A model generated the notes under the pieces. That model was not told where the DNA came from. It searched no databases and was given only the letters and a program-made list of their open reading frames with translations. 64,000 bases of DNA from the NCBI GenBank assembly GCA_032718475.1, contig JAUCBJ010008354.1:1-64000 (forward strand), given 5' to 3'. Below, one piece after another: positions 11,537 through 22,122 of this stretch. The position numbers and the translations under genes are program-made. Origin of the DNA: Nemertoderma westbladi. Lineage: Eukaryota; Animalia; Xenacoelomorpha. How positions within the stretch are numbered: the stretch's first letter is position 1; every line of letters starts with the position of its first letter.

Positions 11537-12149
11537 CCAGTCCTCCTGCAGGATATATCGCTTCTGATATACCTTTATCGCTCCTCTGCGAAACTGATAT
11601 ACCTCCTGACTCCGCCTTTCTCTTCCTGATCAGCTTACTCGCCATTCCGAACACTACACTCGCTCACCTGTAGGGTGGTGCCTTACCAAGGCGCAATACA
11701 GATGAGTGATGTATTAAGATGTTTCCTACAGTTCGATAATGGCCTACTTTTCTACTTAACTGCGCCTTTCAAGCTTAATTTAATCTAATTAATTTCGGAG
11801 CTAGTAAATCAGCCTAATTTACAATTTCCGTCCGTTACTTTTATTATGTTCTAGAACGACTTTCCTTGTGTTACCACTATTTTCCGATTTTAGCCCTATT
11901 CTATTTATTTTATTTATTTTGCTTTGATTCTACTGTCCTACTACTTACTACTGCCTATGGATTTATTCTATTCTCTCTCTGATCCATATTCTGGCCTACT
12001 CAGTGGGCCTATGCAGTACAGCAGTATGCGTCGTGTGGCCACACGATTTATCCAGCTGCACTCATATACCCCCTCTCGCTACTAACTCTACTTACTGCTA
12101 TCTAATATCTATATCCTATTTTTACCCCTTTTACCTCTTACTCTCTCTT

Positions 12150-12792
12150 TCTAACTAATGGTACTACGTACCCTCTAACTCTAACTCTAACTAGGTACTA
12201 CGTACCTACTAACTCTCTAACTATCGGTACTACGTACCCTCTAACTCTAACTCTAACTAGGTACTACGTACCTACTAACTCTCTAACTATCGGTACTACG
12301 TACCCTCTAACTCTAACTCTAACTAGGTACCACGTACCTACTAACTCTAACTCTATCGGTACTACCTACCCTCTAACTCTAACTCTAACTAGGCATTACG
12401 TACCCTCTAACTCTAACTCTAACTAGGTACTACGTACCTACTAACTCTAACTCTATCGGTACTACCTACCCTCTAACTCTAACTCTAACTAGGCATTACG
12501 TACCCTCTAACTCTAACTAGGTACTACGTACCTACTAACTCTAACTCTAGGTACTACGTACCTACTAACTAACTCTAGGTACTACGTACCTACTAACTCT
12601 AACTCTAGGTACTACGTACCTACTAACTAACTCTAGGTACTACGTACCTACTAACTAACTAACTCTAGGTACTACGTACCTATTAACTAACTAACTCTAG
12701 GTACTACGTACCTACTAACTAACTAACTCTAGGTACTACGTACCTACTAACTAACTAACTCTAGGTACTACGTACCTACTAACTAACTAACT
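12150..12792. repeat. Array of about 20 GGTAC-TAC-GTACC mini-palindromes separated by (CTCTAA)/(CTAA) runs
   Basis: Counted directly; period about 28-34 bp. Confidence 0.9.
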
Positions 12793-12904
12793 TTTATTTA
12801 TTTTTATTTTATTTTATTTTATTTGTGTGGGAAGGGCGTCTCGCCCTCAATCCCACCCCCCTCAGTCCAAAACTTGGACGACTAAACTCCACTCTAACTC
12901 CAAT

Positions 12905-15900
12905 TTAAGGTGCCCCTTCTAGAAGACAGCACTTACCTACCGCTCTCCTGTAGGTTTTTCTGTCCTTCGCACCTATCTTCCCACCTATCCGCACTTCTAC
13001 CGATCGGACTCTTCCGTCCTCGTCGGAGTAGGTGCCTACAACTCTCGCCAACCGCCATTGGTTGTTGATGATAGTATCATCCGTGACGATTACGAGATCT
13101 CCCTCTCTTAACTCCCTGTTTGGCTTCCTCCACTTGCTTCGCTTATGGAGCGTGGGTAGGTATTCTTCTACCCACCTCCTCCAATACTCTGCGCTAATCG
13201 CTTTAGCTACTTTCCAACTTTGGCGGGAGTGTATATCATCTGGGTCTACACCCCGCATATCGATGGTCGCTGGCCGTTCCATTAGAAAATGGCTAGGCGT
13301 CAACACGTCTAATGACTCAGGGTCATCATTCTCCGGATATAGCGGTCTGCTATTAATGATCCCCTCGCACTTTGCAAGTACTGTCCGTAAGACGTCTTCA
13401 GTGACCATGTGGGTGTTCATCAGCTTCGTCATTAGACGTTTTGAACTGCCCACGAGTCTCTCGACGCATCCTAACGTATGTGGTGCATACGGCGTCCTTC
13501 TCTCCCACTTCACTTGTCGTCTTCTCATGGCCGCCCTGACTTCTTCTCCCTCCAAGATGTCTAAGGCCTCTGCCATCTCACTCTCTGCGCCCACAAAGTT
13601 GGTGCCGTTGTCGCTGTATATCACTGCGATCGTCCCACCTTTGCGGTCCCTAAACCTTTCTAGGGCGTTAATGAATGCTGATGCGGTTGCATCTTGGGCG
13701 AGTTCTATCCCTACCGCCCGCGTATTGTTGCATACGAAGATAATACCGTAGCGTTTCTCCGTGTGTCGCATCACCTTGATCTTTATCGGCCCGAACATGT
13801 CCACACCGCAATGCGTAAATGGCGGGTCGTGCTGTCTTACCCTACTCGCCGGTAGTGGCGCCATCTCCTGTACGGCTCGCTCCTTCTTCGCTCGTCGGCA
13901 GGTCTGGCATTGTCCCACTACCGCTTTCACCTTCTTCCTTAGTTGTTTGACCCAATAGGTCCTTCTTATCTCCGTGAGGGTTCGGTTGGTGCCCCCATGC
14001 AGTATCAATTTGTGGGAGTCCCATATGATCTGGTGGACTATAGGCGATCCTGTGGGAATGATGATGGGTTTCGGTGGCACGACTATACTGTTGTTATATC
14101 CCACCCTAGAATTCATTACTAGAATCCCTTCCTCGTTGAGTTGTGGCGACAGCGTGATCAACTCGCTATCCCGTCGGAGGTGCTGTTGGTTACCGACGCG
14201 TTCCACCTCGTCGCCGTAGTTCTTGCGTTGTTCATAGCGGATCACTGCCTTGGCCGCTCCTTCCAGATCTATGGTTGTCCTGGTCTTCTTGTCCTTGCCG
14301 ACCCCCGCAAGGAAATTCCCAAAGGCTCTCCAGTACGCCACTAGTTTCTTGGTCTTATACCAACTAGAACTGTAGCTGAGGAGTTTATCCGTCGGGTTAT
14401 CGCACAGTTCCCTTCCTGGTTGCACGTCCCTGATCTCCCTCACCATCTGGGAGTATATCTCTTCTCCCTCTGAATCTCCTTCTCCTTCTGATACTGGTTC
14501 CGAGCCCGGGTCCACCTTCCTCATCGGCGGCCAGGCTTCTCTATCGCTTAGAAATTGTGGCCCATGTTGCCACAATACTTCCTTCTTCAGGAAAGTGTGG
14601 CGTTCCACGCCCCTCGACAGCAAGTCCGCTGGGTTCTCATCTGTTGGGCAGTAGTGCCACCTTTCCAGTTCTGTGCTCGCCCTTATTTCGTCCACTCTAT
14701 TCGCGACGAATATCGGGTATCTCGTCTTTTCGTTGTGTAGCCAACCAAGTACTACCATGGAGTCCGTCCAGTAGTGTGTCTCCACTATGTTGGGAATTGT
14801 ATCCACTAGGTAGGCTGTGGCTCTAACTCCTAGTCTCGCGGCTGTCAATTCTAACTTGGGAACAGATGCTGAATCTGGCGGCGTTGACTTAGCTTTGCTA
14901 AAGGCTAGTCTGGGCTTGTGAGGCCCCTCTCGTTGTACTAAATAGAGTGCCGCTCCGTATGCCTCTAACGACGCGTCGGAGAACATATGTAGGTCCAGAT
15001 TCGTCATGTTCCCGTCCGGGAAATACACTCGCGGCATGTTGTATGTTCCCATCCTTTCCAAGTCTCCTGTCCATTTGCTCCACTGTTTCTTAATGTCTTC
15101 TGGTACCTCTACGTCCCACTCATCCTTCAACTTATATACTCTCTTGAGTATCTGTTTCCCCATGACTAGTAATGGGGATGCTAGGCCTAAGGGATCGTAT
15201 ATCCTTGCTATATACGATACGTAGCCCCTCTTCGTATGGGTGTCTGCGCCCTCCTGGCTCAGCTGATACTTCAGTTCGTCTGTTTTCCTATCCCACACGA
15301 TTCCCAACGCCTTCTGCTGGGATTCCGTTCTCTTAATCGCCATGTCCTGTCCTTTGGCTGTTGTAGGGTTGTCCATGGTCGATTCTGGTTTCTTGTCTTC
15401 TATTTCCCTGATAAATTCTTCTGAACTGGATTGGAATTTGGTCAGGTTGAAGCCGGATCCTTTCAGGATGTCGCGAACCTCGCGCCCTGTTTCCAGTATC
15501 TCCTCAACCGTATTTCCAGACTCCATGCCGTCGTCTACGTAGAAACCGCGTCTGATCATATCGACGGCCCTACTGCTATATCTATCCTCCTTCCCCTTTA
15601 CCGTGTCTCTCACTGCCATAGTCGTCGTAAATGAGGACGACTTGGCCCCCATGTTTTGTACTACCATCTTATATGCCGGTATTATAGGCGGTTCTTCTTC
15701 GCCGTTATACCATAAGAAGCGTTGACTATCGCTATCTTCCTCTGTTACTCGGACTTGGTTGAACATGCCTTCTATGTCACACGTGAAGGCGTGTTTCCCA
15801 TTCCTAAATCTAAGTAGTACTTCTATGCCCGAATTGTATATGTTTGGGCCCTCTAGTAGGTAATCGTTTAAGCACTTTCCGTCGGTCTTTGCCGATGCAT

Positions 15901-18900
15901 CGACTACCATCCTAAGTTTACCTTTCTTTGGGTCTAAAGCTACGTGGAGTGGCAGGTAGTATGTCCTGTCCGTGTTCGGTTCGTCGACCGGTAACTCCAC
16001 GGCCCATCCTTTCTCGACGTACTTCTTTATCGTTTTGTGAATGTACTCGTTCTTCTCGGGGCTCCGTTGTAGTGTTTGTTTCAGCTTGCGGAGTCTCGTG
16101 AGTACCATCCCTCTATTATCGGGTAGCGGTATCTTCGGTAGTTTCCATACCATTCCTATTGTATACCGCCCCTCATCACACGTCATCGATTCCTCCACAC
16201 TTTGTAGAGCCTGCTTGTCTTCTACCGAGGTCCCGACCCCGTTCTCTTTCAGTCCCTCGAAGTCCTGCCTGAGCAGTCTTTTAAGCTGCTCCTCTGCTCC
16301 CTCGTCACCCATTTCCTGCATTGTTCCCGCGAACATGCATCCTGATGTCTCCGACATCCTGAATGGTATCTTGCTCTTAATTGGACCACTCAGCGTCCAC
16401 CCGAATGGCGTTAATATGGCCACCGGGTCGCTCTTCTTGTCTTCGCCGAAGACCGTCTGCATTCTCTCGTGGGCCGTTGGGCAGTCCATGCCTACTATGA
16501 TGGATACCTTCCTAACGTCCACGTCTGGGATTGAGAAGTCAATGTTATCCAGGAATTTGTATTGCTCGACCTCGATGTTGGTTGGCCGCCTGGCATTGAT
16601 GTTAATTGACTCTATTACTTGGATGGGGTCGATGGTTGCCCCATAATCGCATCCTGGTGCCACTGCTGCAATTGCGCACCGTCCTGTCCTCATCTCTAGG
16701 ATCTCGTCTTTACTAGAGATGGTTGTCACCGCCATCCTGCTTGGCCTCGTTCTCAACCCTATTTCTTCGGCTACCCATTCCTCAACTAACGTGAAGGCAG
16801 CTCCGCTATCAACCAGCATTAGTGTTGTTACTGATCGATTGCCTTCCCCGATCACTCGTACTGGTACTACTCCAAGTAGCACTGTTCCTCCCTTCTTCGC
16901 CCCTATTGTGCTCGTTGCCATCGTCTGGCCTCTCCTTTGGCCAAACTTGACCGGTTTCTCTTGGCATTCCCTGGCCTTGTGTCCACTCTTCACACATCGC
17001 GAGCAGATTTTATTGCTCGACGCGTAATCTATCTGGTCTTGCCTCGGTAGCGCCTGCCAGTACCTGCAGTTCATGGTTTTATGAAGCGCATTTGCGTGTA
17101 ACTGGCATTTGCTCTTTGGGTCATAGCCCTCTTTATACAATGCGTTGCGTATGGCAGTTATATTCGTACCAAAGTCCCTACTATTCTTATTGACTGGGTT
17201 TGACCTACTGGACGTATTGGGGTTATGTTTATTCATGTTGTTATTGTTCCCCTGTCCGTCCCTTGATGTTGTCCTACCTTCGCTTGCCTGTGGACTTGCA
17301 GTCCCCTGCGTCGCTGCATATGGCAATGATTGCCTGAGTCTCGGTAACGCGTTCGATGTATTGTGCTCTGGTTTGGGCCTGTAATGATCTGTCTTTGGTC
17401 CCTTTCCCAGGCTATCTTCACTATAAACTGGGTCCGTTATTAGTTCAGCCTCGTAATTTAAGAAGTTTGACATTTCTTCTAAACCTGGTTCCGCACCCTT
17501 CTTGTCTCGGGTGGAGAAAGCAACCTTCCTCCATTTGTTGCGCAGCCAGCTCGGTAGTGCCTGCGCTATCGTGGTGATGTTATTGGACGCGTTGAGTTCG
17601 TATGGCGCGTCTAACGTCTTCAGCACGATCAGCGCCTTCTCGACTTTGTTAGCAAACGTCTTAATGCTAACGGGATTATCCTGTAGGCCACCCGATGTTA
17701 TGCCTCTCAGCGTTTGCCTGATGATCTTGGCCGGGTGCCCGTATTCCCTATCCAGTGCCCGCCATGCTGTCGTGAAGCCGCCCTCTATTCCTTGGTATTG
17801 CCTCACGATGTCGTATGCTGGGCCTCCCGTGTACACTTGTAGATACTTTAGGCACTCCGCCTGCGTCAAGTTTTTTGTTAGTATTTCGTTACTATACATT
17901 CGCCGAAACTGTAAGTATTCTTCCGGCCTGCTCCCATCGAATTTGAACGGTTCCACGGGTGGTAATTCGATCCTCGTTTTCAACGCATCGATCAACGTGG
18001 CCATCCCCATTGCCTGCGCTTCTAATGGATTCGACGGGTGCTGTATAGTTTCCCTTGCCTGGTGCGGTTCGTCCGTCCTATTTCTTGATCTCCTCTGACT
18101 CGGATATGTCATCGGGGGTAGCGGCCCCCTCCATATGTCTGTATCACACGACCTGTTTTCATCTAGGGGTCTCGTCGTTCTTGTTCCTGTCGGGGTATAT
18201 TGTTGATATCGTGATGGGGGAATGTCACCCTGTCCCCCCCCCACTGGTATGTCTGGTACTGGGGTTGATGTTAATATGTTGGGGCCCATACACCTATCCG
18301 CAATAATTCCCCCCTCCCCTGGGTATATGTTATGTCCCTGCATGCTGTAGTCATACTGCTGTGCTGGTACCGGTATAGGCCTATCAGCTTCTGGCCTACT
18401 CGCCGGTATGTATTCCGCGACTTCCGGGTTTAATCCCGTTGTCCGCGCTGTCCTATCGCCTAGATTGCCTCTCTCAGTATGGCCTACGGTATGTGCAGTA
18501 AGACCTACAGTATGCCCTACAGTCTGCATGTGTTGCTCGGGATCGAAGTTTATTCTTCTCGAATAATCCTCCCCGCGGCTACCGTATTCTCGATCGGTAG
18601 GTATATTCCGTCGGAAAGTTTCTCTTCGACCCCCCTCTCCACTGTTTTCATCTTCGTACCGGTACATCGCGTACCCCTCTCTTGGCGTGTAATGCGTCTC
18701 ATCGGATCGCATCCCTCCGGGGCGACGGCAATCTCCCGGAGTCCAACCCCACTGACTCTCCGTTCTCATCTCGACTACCGACGGCTCGCTGTCCGTCCTC
18801 GCTCTTCCATCTTTTGCGGCGATACTTCTACTACTTTCTTCCTCTCTTCTCCTATCAGTGGAATATTCCCGCTCACGAGATCTCTCGTCGACCTCCCGGT

Positions 18901-19231
18901 TAAACCCCACTGTTCTTCTTTCCTCCTCTGATCGGGCTCGACGCTCCGTCTGCCCTCCCGCGACGTCAACCTGTCTTTCTCTGGTCGATCGCACGTCGCC
19001 GGGGATACTCGCAGTCCCCCTATTACTCTCCGTCGCCGGTTGTTGCGGTTTACCTTGTTCGGCCCTCGCATTGTCCGCTGACGGCTGTGGGACACTCTCT
19101 GCCCCCCCCCTCTCGCCGCTAACTTTCTGTTGTGGGGTGCTCGTAGCCCCCCCCCCACTCGCTACATCTAACTTCGCTACCTCTCTCCCCGCTATTATAT
19201 ACCTCTCTAGTCGACACATCAACCCTACCAC
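12905..19231 (-). CDS. BEL/Pao gag-pol of B1 (main ORF)
   Basis: BEL Gag core (FDGSRPEEYLQF...LDREYG), knuckle CSRCVKSGHKAREC, protease MLVDSGA, RT YYLPLH / DIEGMFNQV / FYVDDG, Pao RNase H LHMFSDAS and WTDSMVVL, integrase GVDMFGP / SDNGTNFVG, C-terminal W..EYL..L..RSKW domain. Confidence 0.95.
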   Translation of the reverse strand: MVGLMCRLERYIIAGREVAKLDVASGGGATSTPQQKVSGERGGAESVPQPSADNARAEQGKPQQPATESNRGTASIPGDVRSTRERQVDVAGGQTERRARSEEERRTVGFNREVDERSREREYSTDRRREEESSRSIAAKDGRARTDSEPSVVEMRTESQWGWTPGDCRRPGGMRSDETHYTPREGYAMYRYEDENSGEGGRRETFRRNIPTDREYGSRGEDYSRRINFDPEQHMQTVGHTVGLTAHTVGHTERGNLGDRTARTTGLNPEVAEYIPASRPEADRPIPVPAQQYDYSMQGHNIYPGEGGIIADRCMGPNILTSTPVPDIPVGGGQGDIPPSRYQQYTPTGTRTTRPLDENRSCDTDIWRGPLPPMTYPSQRRSRNRTDEPHQARETIQHPSNPLEAQAMGMATLIDALKTRIELPPVEPFKFDGSRPEEYLQFRRMYSNEILTKNLTQAECLKYLQVYTGGPAYDIVRQYQGIEGGFTTAWRALDREYGHPAKIIRQTLRGITSGGLQDNPVSIKTFANKVEKALIVLKTLDAPYELNASNNITTIAQALPSWLRNKWRKVAFSTRDKKGAEPGLEEMSNFLNYEAELITDPVYSEDSLGKGPKTDHYRPKPEHNTSNALPRLRQSLPYAATQGTASPQASEGRTTSRDGQGNNNNMNKHNPNTSSRSNPVNKNSRDFGTNITAIRNALYKEGYDPKSKCQLHANALHKTMNCRYWQALPRQDQIDYASSNKICSRCVKSGHKARECQEKPVKFGQRRGQTMATSTIGAKKGGTVLLGVVPVRVIGEGNRSVTTLMLVDSGAAFTLVEEWVAEEIGLRTRPSRMAVTTISSKDEILEMRTGRCAIAAVAPGCDYGATIDPIQVIESININARRPTNIEVEQYKFLDNIDFSIPDVDVRKVSIIVGMDCPTAHERMQTVFGEDKKSDPVAILTPFGWTLSGPIKSKIPFRMSETSGCMFAGTMQEMGDEGAEEQLKRLLRQDFEGLKENGVGTSVEDKQALQSVEESMTCDEGRYTIGMVWKLPKIPLPDNRGMVLTRLRKLKQTLQRSPEKNEYIHKTIKKYVEKGWAVELPVDEPNTDRTYYLPLHVALDPKKGKLRMVVDASAKTDGKCLNDYLLEGPNIYNSGIEVLLRFRNGKHAFTCDIEGMFNQVRVTEEDSDSQRFLWYNGEEEPPIIPAYKMVVQNMGAKSSSFTTTMAVRDTVKGKEDRYSSRAVDMIRRGFYVDDGMESGNTVEEILETGREVRDILKGSGFNLTKFQSSSEEFIREIEDKKPESTMDNPTTAKGQDMAIKRTESQQKALGIVWDRKTDELKYQLSQEGADTHTKRGYVSYIARIYDPLGLASPLLVMGKQILKRVYKLKDEWDVEVPEDIKKQWSKWTGDLERMGTYNMPRVYFPDGNMTNLDLHMFSDASLEAYGAALYLVQREGPHKPRLAFSKAKSTPPDSASVPKLELTAARLGVRATAYLVDTIPNIVETHYWTDSMVVLGWLHNEKTRYPIFVANRVDEIRASTELERWHYCPTDENPADLLSRGVERHTFLKKEVLWQHGPQFLSDREAWPPMRKVDPGSEPVSEGEGDSEGEEIYSQMVREIRDVQPGRELCDNPTDKLLSYSSSWYKTKKLVAYWRAFGNFLAGVGKDKKTRTTIDLEGAAKAVIRYEQRKNYGDEVERVGNQQHLRRDSELITLSPQLNEEGILVMNSRVGYNNSIVVPPKPIIIPTGSPIVHQIIWDSHKLILHGGTNRTLTEIRRTYWVKQLRKKVKAVVGQCQTCRRAKKERAVQEMAPLPASRVRQHDPPFTHCGVDMFGPIKIKVMRHTEKRYGIIFVCNNTRAVGIELAQDATASAFINALERFRDRKGGTIAVIYSDNGTNFVGAESEMAEALDILEGEEVRAAMRRRQVKWERRTPYAPHTLGCVERLVGSSKRLMTKLMNTHMVTEDVLRTVLAKCEGIINSRPLYPENDDPESLDVLTPSHFLMERPATIDMRGVDPDDIHSRQSWKVAKAISAEYWRRWVEEYLPTLHKRSKWRKPNRELREGDLVIVTDDTIINNQWRLARVVGTYSDEDGRVRSVEVRIGGKIGAKDRKTYRRAVGKCCLLEGAP

Positions 19232-21468
19232 GGTCGGGTCTGTTCACCCTCGCCTCTCCCTCTGCTATTGCGTGGCCTTCCAGGCCCTCTACTCCCTGCC
19301 TACTAACTACGCGGCCTACCAGGCCCTCTGCTCCCTGTCTACTAACTACGTGGCCTACCAGGCCCTCTGCTCCCTGGTTACGTAGGCCCGACGTGTCTAC
19401 ACTAATAGCACCCATATTGGAAACGGAATTAATTTGCTCATTTGAAACAAAATCATTTGTATTATTCTGCGCGACTACGTTATCTGAATTATTTTGTAAA
19501 TTCGGGCTAAGATCATTATTTGAATTATTCGAATTATTCTGTGTAATTGCGTTATTTAAGTTATTTTGTAGGTCCGAATTCGAGTTATTATTTTGATTAT
19601 TTGAGTTATTTTGCGTAACTACATCAATATTAGGATTATTTTCTACATTGACACTGGGATTGTTCTGATTTAAATTTAAATTACTACCACCAGGCAAAGT
19701 ATTTCCTGTAATAAAGGTTTGATTAGCGTTATCCCATACGGTACTATTAATATCAACAACGTCTACTGTACCATTATTATTATTACCCCCCCCCGCTCGT
19801 ACGGTCGCACCAGTCTTGAGTCTGTCGTGCGGTCCCTGTCAGTGGAGCATTAACAAATACATCTACGGCCCTCGGCTCCTCAAAAATACTCGAGCCGGCC
19901 CCAGTTTCAGACGGCGGTCCCACTCGCACGTATTCCAACTCGTGCGTCCCTCTAATTATATTTCCCGCAAACTCACTATTCCGTTTCTCTAATTCCTTGC
20001 GCTCTTTTTCACTCTCTGCCACTTTCCCCTTACGCTCCTGGGTGTCCTTGATGGCCGAGTCTGCGGCACTCTTAATGCTCTCCCTTCGTCTCGCCCCACG
20101 CTCTTTGCGTTCCTTTTCCTTTCTCGTCTCATATTCCTTATGTTCCGCCTCACGCTCCTTGCGTTCCCTTTCCTCTCTCGCCTCACGCTCCTTGCGTTCC
20201 GCCTCACGCTCCTTGCGTTCCTTTTCCATTCTCGCCTCACGCTCCTTGCGTTCCGCCTCACGCTCCTTGCGTTCCTTTTCCATTCTCGCCTCACGCTCCT
20301 TGCGTTCCCTTTCCATTCTCGCCTCACGCTCCTTGCGTTCCCTTTCCTCTCTCGCTTCACGCTCCCTACACTCCCTTTCCTCTATCTCATCATACTCCCT
20401 TAGGCTTTTCAAAGCCCTTTCGGCCCTTTCTCCGGTTTCTCTAAGCAATACCGTTTCCCTCTCTAACCGCACTCTTCCCTCCTCTAGCCGTTCCTTCATT
20501 TCTCTCTGACCTTGCTCTGCCATGCTGAGACGGTATGTGGCTCCTATTTTTCTCACCGCTCTTTCTTTCGCGGAGGATGTAGCAGACTTATCGGTTACGA
20601 CGGACTTCCCCCGCCTTCCCGACCTACTAACTTTCTCCCCCTTTCCGGAGCTTTCTCCGACCGACGAGGCCGAATCCTCGGTGTTAACCTCGGATTCGCC
20701 CTCCTCAGGTCCCTTCCAACCCACTGGTTTCGCTCCCCGGGCATCGACCAAGTATGGCCCTATGTACACTGGCGCTACGCTAGGTCCCATACTCCCACAC
20801 TCCCATAGTTCAAACAGTTCGCCGGCTATCCTTTCTGCTCTCTCCCCGGCCAGTTCTCTCTGCCCAAAACGTATTAGGTAATTTAAGTGTTTATCCGACT
20901 CACCTAGTCGCTTTCTCAGTCTCACCTCGTCTACCTTCGCCCCTTTCTTCTTGGCGTCGTTTATCAGCTTCCGGGTCGCGTTGTAGGCCCGTCGAAGTCG
21001 CTCAGAAACCCCGACGTCCTCGTCGCCGACCTCTCCTCCGTCCCTCCGGGTTCGACGTCGTACCGGCGGCTCCACCGTCGCCGTTCCGGTGGGCCGTCCG
21101 TCGCCCTCGGCCTGTAGCTGGCCGGCGACATCGGTACCGATCTCTCCTCCGTCTCTTCGTGTCCGGCGTCGCACCGTCGGCCCCACTGTCGCCGTTTCGG
21201 TGGGCCGCTCGTCGCCCTCGGCCGGTAGCTGGCCGGCGACATCGGCGCGCCGTTCTCCGTTCCGTGTCGACTCATCTCCCTCTCCCTCCGTCTCGCTCTC
21301 TCTCTCTCTTGGCTCGACTTCGGGTTCCAGGCCCTCCTCGTCCTGTGCTTCCGGTTCGCCCGTTATCGATGGCTCCGGCGTTGTGGGCCTGTATTGTTTG
21401 GTCGCGGCCTCGCGGATCGTTAGGTCTTCGTCCGGGGTCCGCGTCGGTGTCTCGCCCGATTCACTCAT
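19119..21468 (-). CDS. N-terminal Gag extension of B1 (ORFs 19783-21468 and 19119-19697), probably one polyprotein with gag-pol
   Basis: Coiled-coil E/R/K repeats and an Asn-rich linker. The frames join if one G is removed from each of two G homopolymers (about 19786-19794 and 19147-19156). Confidence 0.7.
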
Positions 21469-21584
21469 CTCGTCTGGTGGCTGATGGCTCGGCTAGGTAG
21501 GGTGGAGTTCTTTGAGTTTAACTAGGGCGGCAGCTCGGTTTTAGTTACTGAGTTTAGCTGGGGAAGCAACACCGATTTAGTTAC

Positions 21585-22122
21585 TGTGACGGGATCCAAG
21601 AGGGATCCCGATTTATCCGGTTGTGGTAATTTAGTCCACGCGTCCCCGCCGTGTATAAGGATGAAATAAAGTGACTGAGTTCTGAAGTTCGGTGTATAAT
21701 AGGAGGTTATAAGATATAGATATATTGTGAATGTGTACAAGGCGGGATACGGTAACTAAAGTCCCGTGATCCCCTAACTAAACTAATTGGCTGTACCCTA
21801 CGCTAGCACTGCTGCACTGAGATAACTGAATCACTGATTAATAGGTTATTGGTTATATTGCACGGTGGCCTTACTGCTACTCAATCGATGCCATTCCCCC
21901 CTCTGATTGCTTAATACCCTTGTTGGCGCCCCGTGGAGTATTCCCGTTCACTCCACCTGTTCTCCTTGGGTTAGGGGTTTGGCCCCTGACCCTCTATTGT
22001 GTGCTTCCTTCCCACTCTTATTGGGAAGGCACGAGTTGGTTAATTGCCCAATCTCGTGGCTCCCAATATTGCTTATCGGCTAATAACTTTATGGGGTGTT
22101 GGCGGGATTGAATAAGCTAACA
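21585..22122 (-). repeat. 5' LTR of B1
   Basis: Direct repeat of 8645-9182, followed by TSD AAGAG. Confidence 0.95.

Larger units (their letters stand above)
8645..22122 (-). mobile_element. Complete, young BEL/Pao element B1 (13478 bp)
   Basis: 538-bp LTRs at 8645-9182 and 21585-22122 look identical. 5-bp TSD AAGAG (8640-8644 and 22123-22127). Empty site CTGAAGAGATTGC in paralog A3 near 49388. PPT GGGGGGGAG on the minus strand at 9183-9191. Confidence 0.95.

Noticed and set aside
12150-12792. Palindromic repeats with spacers as a CRISPR array or true telomere
   Set aside because: Spacers are low-complexity CTCTAA/CTAA runs rather than unique sequences; the array is internal to an LTR element.
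13032-21500. Numerous + strand ORFs opposite B1 gag-pol, and similar antisense ORFs over other pol genes and PRPF3
   Set aside because: Shadow ORFs of long GC-rich coding strands; no recognisable motifs.
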